A stretch of DNA of 64,000 nt from Camelus dromedarius (GCF_036321535.1 NC_087436.1:60824001-60888000); one strand, 5' to 3'. Shown: positions 13,901 to 25,530, counted from the stretch's first letter. Program-made: numbers and translations. The notes: generated by a model from the sequence alone, not told the origin.

Positions 13901-15539
13901 AGAATTCCAAGAAAAACTTTTCTTTCTTTAAAAACTCTGGTATTTCCCAGGTGCTCAAAAAATGTCTAATGTGACATTCAAAGCTGAGCAATGACTACTC
14001 TGTGTTAGGTGCTGTCTACTCTTACCCAGAAACAAATGAAGCCTAGCCAATGTGTGGGGAGATCCAGGACAATATAAATTATGGTTCCAAAAGAGATTCT
14101 TTTACTATTCTGCCTTCATCCAGTTACCCTTCCCGCACCTCTGCTAACCACAAATCTGATCTCTCTGAGTTTGTTTGCTTGTTTGTATTTGAGGTATAAT
14201 TGACCTACAACACTATGCTAGTTCCTATTACACTACACAGTGTACACATTTCAACACGATCACCACAGTAAGTCTAATTACCACCTGTCACCATGCATGA
14301 CTATATTCCCTATACTGTACATTTCATTCCTGTGACTCACTTATTTTGCAACCAAAAGTTTGCATCTCTTAATCTCCCTCACTTACTTCACTTTTTAGAA
14401 TAGATTCTTTTTTATTTTGAAAATATTCCTGTTATAGATATAAACCAAAGCCTCATGACATGATCAGAAAATATAAACCCTCCCTGCTCCTGTTGTGACA
14501 AACAAAAATGCTTCCAGACATTGTCAAAATTGCCCTGGTTGAGAGCCCCTGCTTCAAGTCTCAGATTCAATGTCACATCCTAAGGGAAATCTTTTCTAGG
14601 CAACCTCAGCCTCATTTACTTCTCCTATTCTGTCATAGCAGTCCTGCCAATTTGTAATAACAACTATTTGGGGTGATTATTTGTTTACTCGCAGTCCCTT
14701 CTGCTAGACTGTAAACTTCCTAAAAGGCAGAGACTGTGTCTGAATTTTACTTTCTTTTCTTAATTACTATTTACTAAGCAGACCATCCCTATGACAATAA
14801 TTATGTGTTAGTCGTTATTAGCAAATAAATGCTTGTCAAATGAATAAATTAAGAGTTGGCTAAATAAAAAACACAAAGACATCACACACCCAGCAGTTAC
14901 AAATCTGAACTTACCATCTTCTCTTATTTTGTGAACAGCACATAATTATTAAGGGACAAAGAGAGGGGAAAGGAAAGAAGAAAAAGAGGGAGGTGGGGGA
15001 AAGGGAGAGAGGGACAAAAACCAAGAGCACAAGTGAAGGTCACAGGCCCAAGGAACTAAGTGTTGCCAGAATAAATGGTATTATTGAGAAACAGGACCAT
15101 AGCCATCCTATTTCTGGGCATGAATATGGTTGCATACTGACACAGGTATTTGTCTGTAAGTGTCTGACTTTCCTAAGGTCAAAATCTGTTAAATCAAATG
15201 TGAAACTTTCTCCAGGCCCTTCCCACCTTCCTTGTTCCTGGTACTCACAGCTACTCTCTGTAAAGTCTTAAACTAATCAGTAGCTACCTTTGGAATTTCC
15301 TACCTTCTTCTAACTTTTCCCTAAATGCAAAAATGATTAATTATAGGCTGGCATCATCACATTATTCCAGAGATTTTGTATTGTTATCTGGAACTGCATG
15401 TAGATGACTCTGGACATTTCTCAGAATAGTAAGAGGTGCTGCAGACCTGCCCACGAAGACACAGTAGCTTCTGTAGCAGCCATGCTGCAGTTTCGATTCA
15501 ACAAGGGAGACTGGGCCCTTTAAAATCACATTCAGAAAA

Positions 15540-16146
15540 TGATAGATGTGGAGGCCTCACATTTCCTGTTTTCAAACTGTATTGCAAGGACATAGTAATC
15601 AAAACAGTATGGTACTGGCATAAAAGCATATACATAGACCAGTGGAATAGAATCAAGAGCCCAGAAATAAATCCACTCATATACAATCAACTCATCTTTG
15701 ACAAAGTTGCCAAGAACACACAATGGGGGAAGGATAGTCTCTTTAATAAATAGTGTTGGGAAAACTGGATATACACATGCAAAAGAATGAAACTGGACCC
15801 TTGTCTTACACCATTCACAAAAATTAACTCAAAATAGATTAAAGACTTAAATATTATATCTGAACCATAAAAATTCCAGAAGGAAACATAGAAAAAGCTT
15901 CATGACATTAGCCTTGGTGATTTTTTTTTTTTTTGGAAATGTTCCAAAAGCAGGGCAACAAAAGCAAAAATAAACAAATGGAACTATATGAAACTAAAAA
16001 GCTTCTTCGCAGCAAAGGAAACAATCAACCAATGAAAAGGCAACCTATGGAATGGGAGAAAATATTTGCAGTTCATAACTGATAAGGGGTTAATAGCCAA
16101 AGCATATAAGGAACTCATACAACTCAATAGCAAAATAAAACAAAAC

Positions 16147-16194
<48 letters not shown>

Positions 16195-17204
16195 TAACTC
16201 AACTGAAAAATGGGCAAATGACCTGAATAGACATTTCTCCAAACAAAATGTACAAATGGCCAACAGGTAACATTAAAAGGGTGCTCAACATTACTAATCA
16301 TCAGGAAAATGCAAATCAAAACCAAAATGAGATACCACCTCACACCTGTCCAAATGGATATCATCAAAAAGACAAGAGATAATTGAGGGTTGGCAAAGGT
16401 GTAAAGAAAAGGGACTGTTGGTGGGAATGTAAATTGGTGCAGCCATTGGAAAACAGTATGAAGTTTCCTTTAAAAAATTAAAAATAGAACTACCTTATGA
16501 TCCAGCAATCCCACTTCTGGTTGTGTATCCAAAAGAAATAAAATCAATATTCCAAAGATACATTGGCACTCCCATGCTTATTGCAGCATTATTCACAGTA
16601 GCCAAGATATGGGAAAAACCTAAATGTCTGTCAATGTTGATGGATGAGTGGATAAAGAAAATGTGATATGTATAAAGAAGTATATATGTGAATATTATTA
16701 GCTTTAAAAAAGAAGAAAATCCTGCCATTTGCAACATCATAGATCAGCCTGGAGGACATTATGCTAAGTGAAATAAGCCAGACATAGAAAGATAACTAAT
16801 ATATGATCTCACTTATAGATGAAATCTAGAAAAGTCAAACTCATAGGAGTGGAGGGCAGAATGATAGTTGCCAAGTCGTGGGTCAAGGGAGGTCAGGAAA
16901 TGGAGAGATGTTGGTCCAAGGGTACAAACTTTCATTTATAAAATGAATAAGTTCTGGGGGGTTTAACATGCAACATGGTGACTGTAGTTAATAATAATGT
17001 ATTTTACACTTGAACTTTGCTGAAACTAGACCTTAAGTGTTCTCATCACACAAACAAAGGTAAGTATACAAAACAACAGATGTGTTAATTAGCTTGATTT
17101 TGGCAATCATTTCTCAGTGTACACATATATCAAACCATGTTGTATACCTTAAATGTATACAATTTTTATTTGTCAACTACACTTTAATAAAGCTGGGAGA
17201 AAAG
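15540..17204 (+). mobile_element. 5'-truncated L1 (ORF2 C-terminal part plus 3' UTR), multiple stops
   Basis: ORF 15436-15753 translates to [45 protein letters not shown], canonical L1 ORF2p; ends aataaagctgggagaaaag. Confidence 0.95.
16150..16192. repeat. (CA)n microsatellite within L1
   Basis: Direct reading. Confidence 0.95.
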
Positions 17205-17908
17205 AAACAAAGAAAATGACAAACGTAACACATGATTGCATGCTCAATGCAGAGAACTTCAGACAAACACAATGGAAGAAAAACAATAAACTACCTACTA
17301 AAAAAAATTCAGAGATAATCACCCCTTCTTTTGGTGTATGACTGTACCTTTAAGAGATATTCTTATTATATGTGCCTAAGTATTGCTTGAAAATCATTCT
17401 TACTTGCTTCCAGATTACTGCTTATATTCCTGTTGAATTCAAAACTTACTGTTATTTAACTATACAGTGATGACAGATAACTAAATCCTGGGCAAGTCAT
17501 AATCAATAGAGAATGCCAACACTGTATATAGTGCGTTAAAATAGCCTAGAGATAATCATGACATTATTAATGATGTTATTGTCAAATACAGTGGCATTGA
17601 ATTGAAACATAAACAGGATTCAGACTCAAACAAGATATCCCAAAGAACTGAGCTGCTTTGAATTCTGCTCACTTGGGCTTTTAATATGCTAAGATGAATT
17701 AGACAAGTTTCTACATCTATACTCCCATAGCCGATAATTCCTTACTCTCTCACACTACTCCTCACCAGCTGCTTATAATTCCCATGAATAATTCTAATCT
17801 TAAAAGGATTTATTTTCTTTCATCTACCTAAAACACTGTATGTTGTTGATAAAAAGTACTGTAATGTAAAAGCTGAAGTATGTCTAAGAAATCATCTAAA
17901 TTAATTTC

Positions 17909-17948
17909 CTGTTTCATAAGCTGGGGGTCTTTTTGCAGTTAAATTAAC
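17909..17948 (-). CDS. Candidate exon 3 of the CpG-island gene, VNLTAKRPPAYET(G); donor reads GA, and read-through gives GN-stop at 17904-17902
   Basis: Strong acceptor ctttgtcaccttctccag|G; phase 0 matches exon 2; acag|gaaatt is one base from acag|gtaatt. Confidence 0.4.
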
Positions 17949-18254
17949 CTGGAGAAGGTGACAAAGATTTTATTTCATCGTGTTTAACTTGAGAATACTG
18001 AGGGTAGAGGCGCACCCCATGTCATGTGTGTATGAGACAGGGTGTCCCTCCACCCCCAGGCCCGGATGGAGATGAAGTGCAGCCTTATCATGTGTCTATG
18101 AGAATGGGTGCCCATCCAGACACAGGCTTGGGGTTGGAGGCCAAGTGCCCCCATACCATGTGTCTATTAAAGGGGCGCACATCCATATACAGGCCTGGGT
18201 ATGGATGTGTACCCGTATTGTAGGTTTCTTTTATGGGTGCACCTAAACACACAG

Positions 18255-18257
<3 letters not shown>

Positions 18258-18293
<36 letters not shown>

Positions 18294-18570
18294 ATATAAC
18301 ATGTATGTTATATAATATGTATGTGTGTGTATATATACATATAATATGTATATTATATATCTGTATATCCATACACATGTCAGTGTATGGATATATATCT
18401 ATTATATATAATGTATACATGTCTGTGTATTATGTAAATATATAATGTAAATATATAATATATGTGTGTATGCACACATGTATTATAACATATATACATG
18501 TATAAAATATAATGCATGCATATATTATATATTATATATACATATATAATATGATATATCTACATATAAA
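18258..18570. repeat. (TG)n followed by a long degenerate (TA)/(TATG) microsatellite
   Basis: Direct reading. Confidence 0.95.
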
Positions 18571-18651
18571 ACAGGTAGATTATAGACATGTACATAGAAC
18601 TCCAGACCTGTCAAACTTAGACTTCAGCTCATATTGGGGACCAATCATCTT

Positions 18652-18814
18652 TTTTGTTTGTTTGTTTCAGTATAGATAGAGTTATTTAGAGATCCATCAA
18701 GAGGCAAAAGAAAGGCCACGAGGTGTGGGGTTGTGTGCTCAGAGTAGAGTAAAAGTAGGTACACACTTCATAGATAGAATGTGGGCCATCTCTGAAGGGG
18801 GGCGGGTGGCAGCC
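18652..18814 (-). mobile_element. A-tailed retrocopy of the LTR R region (copy E), nested in the ERV
   Basis: Reverse complement matches about 28981-29134; tail aaacaaacaaacaaaaaa; TSD accaatcatctt 18640-18651 / acaaaccatctt 18815-18826 (10/12). Confidence 0.8.
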
Positions 18815-21357
18815 ACAAACCATCTTAAAGGATAAATTTCTCACCCAATCTGCCCCCAGTAGTAGATAAAAACTCCAAAAGGCAATCCAGGAACCCAGAG
18901 TAACTTGATAAATGTGAACCATTGCTGCCACAGGTTTTTTTTTTAAATTGCGATCAGGTACAAGAGGCCAAGGCTCAGGAGAAGGAAAGAAGGAAAGAGG
19001 CCAGGCCTGCCCAAGTGATTATAGCCCTTCAAGGGCAGCCACAACCCCTAAATCCTCGGCCCCCAGCAGCCTGAGACAAGCCTGATGAAAAATACAACAT
19101 CTGCCGCTGACCTGGTCAATGGGCCAAGAAATGTCCCCATAAGGACAAATGTTCAAGATCTGCCTGTTTTTGGTGTAAAAAGCAAGGTCATTGGGTAGCC
19201 CTCTGTCCCTCGAGCCAAATGGCCTGTGGGGGATAAGTGGCCTGCGACCTGCAAATGGTTGTCTGAGACTGAAGAAACCCCCTCCAGTCAGCCCCAGCAC
19301 AAGAGATCTTCATCACTGGGCTGGAGCCATGGATGCAAATGGATGTGGCAGGTAGGACAATCACATTTTTTTGGATACCGGGACCACCGACTCTGTCCCA
19401 CCTTCCTTCTCTGGACCCTTCTCCTCTAGATTCTATACCATCATGGGAGTCACAGGTCAGCCGGCCTTAAGATTCTTTACTCATCCCCTTTGTTGTTTAT
19501 GGGATGAACGCTCATTCGCACATTCTTTCTTATGCTTGCCAGAATGCCCTAGCCCCCATTAAGGCCAAGATCTTCTTTACAAGTTGGGAACCCGAGTTAT
19601 CCTGGGAGAAAATCCCCAAACTTCCACCTTTTTACAACTCTTACTGCTCTCTGGGGAAGGAGAAAGACCTCCGGACCCAGAGGCCTGGGAGAATAAAATT
19701 AATCCTGTTGTCTTGGATCAAGATATCCCAGGGCGAGCAAAGACGGCTGCTCCGGATGTCATCTCCCTCAAAGATCCTACCTGGTTCCCTAATCGAAAAC
19801 AATATATGACTTACTTACCTCTCCCTTACTCGAAAACAGGCCATCCAACATGGAATCCAAACTCTTAACTCTTGGCCGAGCAGGGGTATCTAGTTTCCAA
19901 GTCCAAGGCCAAAATGGACAAACAAGAGGTAACTTACCTAGGAGTTGTTCTGACTCCTGGAAACCACAGCATTTCCCCTGAATGAATTGAGGGAATCTTA
20001 CAACTCCCTAATCCCACTACTAGAAAACAGCTCAAGGCATTTCTCGGACTAACAGTTTACCATAGGCTCTGGTCTCTAGTTATGAGTCTAGAGCCCAACT
20101 TCTATATGACAACTTAAAGGGTAAGGATGACTCAGTACCTCTCCAGTGGCATCCTTCCCAACAGGAAGCAGTGGAAGAACGAAAAAATCTCCTAGTAAGA
20201 TCCCTGGCCTCGGGGCTTCCAGATCCCACAAGGCCCTTCCAGTTCTATGTTCATGAGAGAGGAGGAATAGCGTTGGGGGTCCTCACCCAATGGCTGGGTC
20301 CTACCCATCAGCCTACGGGATACCTCTCCAAGTGGCTAGACCCCACTGCTTGAGGCTGGCCTTCCTGCCTAAGAGTGTTAGGAGCCCTCTCCACTCTCCT
20401 GGAGGAAGCTTTTAAGCTAACTCTGGGGGCCCCTATACAAGCATATGCTAACCATCAAGTTTCTGACCTTTTAAAAGGCAGGAGACATTTCTGGCTCTCA
20501 GATGCTTGGCTTCTTAAATATCAGGCATTATTACTGGAAAACCCAGACGTCACTGTCTTTTTTTGTGGGACACTCAATCATGCTACACTATTACCATCAC
20601 CTGACAAGTCTCTTCCCTTTCACGTATGTCATGAGACCCTATCCATTTCTCTAGGAGCTAGAACAGGTCTCAGCGACCAACCCCTGGAAAACCCTGGTGA
20701 GATCTGGTTCACCAATGGGAGCCATATATTCTTGTGAACCTCTTAGCAATCTGCGACTGCTTTCCAAGCAACACTCCAGTGAGACTCTTCCATCGCCCTA
20801 GGAGACTATGGATCCCTGTTAGATAAATCCCTTTCTTAAATGTCTCCTGGTTCAAATCGTTTCTCTTTTAGGGCCCCCAGCAAACTGTTTTAATACTAAT
20901 TTAAAATGTCTCTGACATTAGGGTCCTGCTTTTTACTCCTCCTTTAGTTCACTGGACTAACACTGCAACATCTGCTTTCTAAAACCTAAACCAACAGAAA
21001 GCACAGAAATCAATGGTTTATAAGAAGAACCTTGTTTGCCCCTTTCGTCCTTTGGCTAGGATTAGCTCTATATATTTGAACTCTATCTTTTCATCCTTCT
21101 TATGAAAAGTGTTTCTTCTCCTCTAGAGATAAACTTCAAATGATGATATAACAAGGTAATCAACAAATCAGCCAAGACCACTTATATACAAGCCCCTCAG
21201 TGAACACCAACCCTTTGCCCACATCCTGACCAAGGACAGTCAGCTAGTCTGGTACCCCAACGAGCTCCATCACTGCCCCAGATCAGTAGGAAGTAGCTAG
21301 AGTGGTCCTCGCTCTCTACATCCCCAAGATTCGGGGCCCTATGACTAGAGGGGGGAA

Positions 21358-21477
21358 TGTAGGTAGTTTAGCTAGGAATCAGCACTGGGCAGGGGAAGAG
21401 GAAACTGAAAGGAACAACCCAGAACATAAGGAACCAGGGCTCTCAATCAACCAGAGCACAGAGAATCTGAGCTGTCA

Positions 21478-21512
<35 letters not shown>

Positions 21513-21826
21513 GCAAGGACTGGGGATGGAGTCGCACCCCGTGTCATGTCTCTGCGAGATGGGGTGCCCCTCCACCCCCAGAGCCTAAATCCATCTTCTT
21601 TTTTCCTGTCATTCTCTACAAATTTATTACTCTTTATTAAAGATGCTAGTAGCCAGAGTTCTAAGCCACCCCTTTGATTTACCCAACTCTGAATGCTCTC
21701 ATATATATGCACCAAGCACTTGTTAACAAACAGGTGTTGTTTTTCTCTTGTTAATTTGTTATTTGTTATTTGGGTCCTGGCTGAGAACTCAGTAGGATAG
21801 AGGAAAGATTTTTTTCCTCCCCTACA
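21358..21826 (+). mobile_element. 3' LTR of the ERV, with an internal (ATCA)n tract
   Basis: TG...CA termini (tgtagg...cctaca) directly after the PPT. Confidence 0.9.
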
Positions 21827-22066
21827 CTAGCTTGGTGATTTTGATGATGCATTATAAGTTGAATGGTAACACAGAGAAAATGTATTTGTGTTTACTTTGG
21901 AGGAAGAAAACAGAATGGGAAGGCCTCCTGGAAAAGATCTATACTGAATTGAATACTCAAAGTTACCTAACCCAGTGAAATCAAATCCCTATAGGTAAAA
22001 TAATATCTATCTGTCTATCGTACAAGGTCATTGTGAGAATTGAGAGACTGAATATAAAGTGGACAG

Positions 22067-22580
22067 TGCCAGATCAGATATTAAAACAGAACTCTGACCC
22101 ACAACCTGTAGTAACCCACCCAGAAAACCAACTCATTGTTTAGAATGACCAACCCGGGAAGCCAGCCTGCTATAAGTCAGACTTGGCAGAAGTCAGATGA
22201 CTATCTCAAGTGAAGTCCTGGAATCCACATAGTAACCTCCGTAACAATCAGCCCAAAATGGCCAGGACTTGATTAATAAGTGATAACTTCCCTAAATTTT
22301 GACCCTGCCTCCAACTTCCAACCAATCAGAGAAAACCAGATATGCACTCCTAACCAATCACATAGTGCCTGCATCTAGTTAAACAACCTACAGCTTCCCC
22401 ATGCCAACAGCCTCAGTCAGGGCACACCTGAAGTCTTCCCTTCTTCCCATTATAAAGCTTTCCCACTCATGTGCCTTTGAATCTCAGCCAAAATGCAGGT
22501 GGCCTGGCTGACTCACTTGTTCCATCTAGCTCTAACTAGCTTTTGCTTGTTCTCATTTGGTTGGTCTTCTTTACTTCCAC
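22067..22580 (+). mobile_element. Older ERV1-type solo LTR (MER34/MER39-like)
   Basis: Paired aaccaatca CCAAT boxes, tataaa, ends cttccaca. Confidence 0.65.
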
Positions 22581-22885
22581 AGAAATAATTTGACAATATA
22601 TATAAAATGTCTAGTACAAAGTGTAATTTTTAGGCCTAGGACTTTCTGAATCATTAAAGGAAATATTGAAGGAAACAAAGCCCTTAGGCCTTCAAGGCCT
22701 GACCTACTTTCAACCAAATTTACATTGTGATCTATATATCAAAAGGCCTGCCTGCAAATCTGGTTGCTAAAGAAGCACTCAGTAGTTTCAAAAGCAGCAG
22801 GTCAGACCTGAAAACCAGCATCCCAACCAAACTGTCATGGGCTTCACTGTATTAGCTGAGACAAAACAAGTGGTTTCCTACTTAC

Positions 22886-22929
22886 TGTTCTGTATTCTGA
22901 AGGTTCGCCAAAATGAGCATTCAGAGAGG
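22886..22929 (-). CDS. Candidate exon 2 (44 nt, phase 1 to 0), (A)SLNAHFGEPSEYRT
   Basis: Consensus acceptor tatttccttcttgcag| and donor aca|gtaagt; in frame with exon 1; non-repeat sequence. Confidence 0.55.
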
Positions 22930-23224
22930 CTGCAAGAAGGAAATAGTTTAAAGGATGTGATTAAGGTCAATTCTTGTTCATAAGGGATTTTTAAAATCTG
23001 GTTGGTGATTTATACAGGCCACATCTTCTCCCTTTCCCTCAGATGCCAAGCTTTTGAAGAACCCTTAAAAAGGGTATTCAGTTGTGTTCTGGTACCTATC
23101 CTAGCAGGCATACAGAAAACATTTGGTACTGGTTCCATGACTGACCACCCTAACAGGGTTACTTGGGGAAAGACTTTACAGCTGTGGAACAAAAGTCAGA
23201 GAAGTAACTCTTAACAATTCATGA

Positions 23225-23412
23225 GCCACCTCTCTCTTGCTTCCTCCTTTTAGGAGACCGCCCACACTCTGTCTATGGAGTGTGTACCTACTGTTACTTT
23301 AACCTGAGCACCCAACCCCCACACCTCGTGGCCTTTCTCTTGCCTTTTGAAACACCCTACACTCTATGCAATATGTATCTCTCTAAATAAATCTGTCTTT
23401 ACTCAAAAAAAC
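23225..23412 (+). mobile_element. A-tailed retrocopy of the LTR R region (copy B)
   Basis: Starts gccacctctc, ends aataaatctgtctttactc+A-run; degenerate TSD aacaattcatga 23213-23224 / aaaatttcacga 23413-23424 (9/12). Confidence 0.75.
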
Positions 23413-23637
23413 AAAATTTCACGATATTCTTTCCCTCTGCAGCTCAGGGTGATAAACGCAAAACTTAACATTAGGTGTTACCATTTTAACTCTATTTTAA
23501 AAGGCCGTCAAGTCTGGCTAGACTAAATCCCCTTTCTTATAAGCCCCAGACTGCACTTGGCAGTCACAGTTCCTGATTCCTTTAAATCTCCTACAGAGGT
23601 TTTGTAGGGCCCCTTGGTACATAAAAACCCAGCTCCT

Positions 23638-23804
23638 TGGGGAAGGGTATAGCTGAGTGGTAGAGTGTGTGCTTAGCATGCACAAGGTCCTGGGTTCAAT
23701 CCCCAGTACCTCCATTTAAATAAATAAATGAATGAATTAACGAATGAATGAATGAATAAATAAACCTAATCCCCTCCCCTTCCAAAAAAAAAAAAAAACT
23801 AAAA
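23638..23804 (+). mobile_element. vic-1-like camelid tRNA-derived SINE
   Basis: ggggaagggtatagctgagtggtagag...gggttcaatccccagtacctcc (A and B boxes), AT-rich tail, TSD ataaaaaccca(g/a)ctcct 23621-23637 / 23805-23821. Confidence 0.9.
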
Positions 23805-23929
23805 ATAAAAACCCAACTCCTGATTTTGGGCTCCAGAAAATCCACTTTAAGAGAGAAGGAGTAGCAAGCAAGGTGTCACTAAGAAGATGCTGGGAAGAAC
23901 TAAAGAGGGCTGCTGGCTCCACAAAGCCA

Positions 23930-24420
23930 TCCCTGCGCACTCTCAACTTCACGTCCCTTGAGGACCACAGGGCCGGCCCGGAACCGCCAATAACGGGTGC
24001 GGCCGAGGGACGCCAATGCCCGGATCCAGGGAGGGGCAGCTGCGCCAAGAACCCCTTTTGGTTACTCCTTGGCCGGTCCTAGGGCAACCAGCCAAATGGT
24101 GAGCATTACCTGCCGAGTCCCACCAGACCAGAAGCACCAGGACCAAAGGCAGTGCCGCGAGCCCCGTTCTCCCTCCGCGGATGGCCATCCGTCACTGAGT
24201 ACTTCGGCGCCCGCGCGACATGAAGGGCGCCCGCGGTTCGGACACGCAAAGGGTGGGGTGAGGGAAGGGCGGTAAGAGGAGGGAGGATGAGGGGAGGGGG
24301 GTGAGCCAGGCAGGTAGGAGGAGGGGGAGGGGCGGAATGGATGAGGGAGCGGGGCGGCAGAGGGAGGAAGGTAGAGGAGGGGTGGTTGCTAGCCCCCAGC
24401 TCCTCGCCCCGTGGAGGATG
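23930..24420 (-). promoter_or_regulatory. CpG island / probable promoter with GC boxes
   Basis: Only CpG-dense tract in the window; GGGGCGG at 24329-24335 and 24351-24357; G-rich run 24251-24385. Confidence 0.8.
24110..24188 (-). CDS. Candidate coding exon 1: signal-peptide-like MAIRGGRTGLAALPLVLVLLVWWDSA with a phase-1 donor
   Basis: ATG at 24188 with +4 G; basic n-region, hydrophobic h-region, small-residue c-region; donor cag|gtaatg; lies in the CpG island. Confidence 0.6.
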
Positions 24421-24539
24421 GGAGTAAGCGATTATGGGGACCATCTCTCCCTGCAGCGAACAAGAGCCTTGTAAGAGCCCTGGATGGCTCTGTCAGTCAA
24501 CCTCAGTTTCTGAGCTTCTGCTGCATCCCAGGAACTGTT

Positions 24540-25360
24540 TTGGGGCTGAACTCAGCAAAGGAGGTTCCTGCTCTCAAGAAGCTTTCTAGTGTAGGTGCTA
24601 GGGATGGGGTGACACAGGGGACTCCAAAACAAGTGAATACAATAACTTCTAAAATTAAGTGCTGGAGCGGGGGGCAGGGGAAGACTTACATTGGGAAGTC
24701 AGAAAAAGCCCTTCAGAGGTGACATTTGAGCTGAAAACTGAAGGATAAGAGGGAAGCCTGGTGGAGACCTTGGGAACAAGTATTCCAGGTTCACAGAAAA
24801 GCAAGGGCAGAGATTTGGAAGCAGGAGCCAGTTCACTGTGTTCAGCTGGAGCTCTAGGTGAAGGAGGGGGAAAGGTGAGGGTGATGTAGGTCGTGATAAG
24901 GGCTTTGGATTTGCTCTGGTTGCAGTGGGAAGCCAGTGGAGGATTTTAAGTAATGGACTGCCCCTGACCTGACTTACATTTTAAGACACTGGATGAAGAA
25001 TGGACAGGAGATAGGTAAGAGTGGAGGCAGGGAGACAAATTAGGTGGTTATTGCAGGAATCCAGGCAAGAGCAGATGGGGCCGTGAATTAGTGTATAGTA
25101 GGGGACTGGCAAGAAGTGGTCAGATTCAGGATTCATTTTGGAGGTGGAACCAACTGGAGTGAAGAGAAGAACCAAGGATGCTTCCTGAGATTCTGTCCTG
25201 AAGAGCTGGACGGGTGGTGATGCCATTTTTATGATGAAGAACATTTGGAAAGGAGGCACATTAGACATCCAAGTGGACGTGTGGAGAAGGCAGTTGGAAT
25301 TACAAATTTGGAGCTGGAGATATAAATGCAGAAGTCATCAGCATATCAAAGGTATTGAAA
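24540..25360. mobile_element. L2 fragment
   Basis: gaggtgacatttgagctgaaaactgaagga, gtgggaagccagtggaggattttaag, ttagacatccaagtgga. Confidence 0.75.
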
Positions 25361-25366
25361 ATCTTT

Positions 25367-25443
25367 GGGAGAGGATAAGCTCAAGTGGTAGAGCACATGC
25401 TTAGCATGCATGAGGTCCTAGGTTCAATTCCCAGTACCTCCTT

Positions 25444-25484
<41 letters not shown>

Positions 25485-25530
25485 ACCTAATTATCCCCAC
25501 CACCAAAAAGTCTATCAAAAAAAATAAAAA
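25367..25530 (+). mobile_element. vic-1-like SINE
   Basis: agctcaagtggtagagcacatgcttagcatgcatgaggtcctaggttcaattcccagtacctcc followed by (AAAT)n. Confidence 0.9.

Larger units (their letters stand above)
17998..21826 (+). mobile_element. Internally deleted gammaretrovirus-like (class I) ERV: leader, gag end, pro, partial pol, env tail, PPT, 3' LTR
   Basis: CFWCKKQGHWVALCP knuckle 19165-19209; protease LDTG about 19371; pol connection/RNase H start in ORFs 20171-20737 (GVLTQ..YLSK.LDP..GWP, WFTNGS); PPT agaggggggaa 21347-21357. Confidence 0.9.

Noticed and set aside
18088..18445. ORFs rich in Y/I/H/T/C/V
   Set aside because: Translations of (TG)n/(TA)n microsatellite.
23638..23715. tRNA gene (also at 25367 and 48852)
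   Set aside because: The tRNA-like heads carry AT-rich tails, and two have clear TSDs; they are SINEs.
23886..24188. Identification of exon 1 as ITGA2 (RTGAAPLPLLLVL-like signal peptide)
   Set aside because: Only generic signal-peptide resemblance; none of the downstream candidate exons looks like integrin sequence.
23949..24444. Overlapping 69-112 aa ORFs in the CpG island as single-exon genes
   Set aside because: Expected from GC-rich, stop-poor DNA; only the 24188-24110 portion has signal-peptide and splice-donor support.
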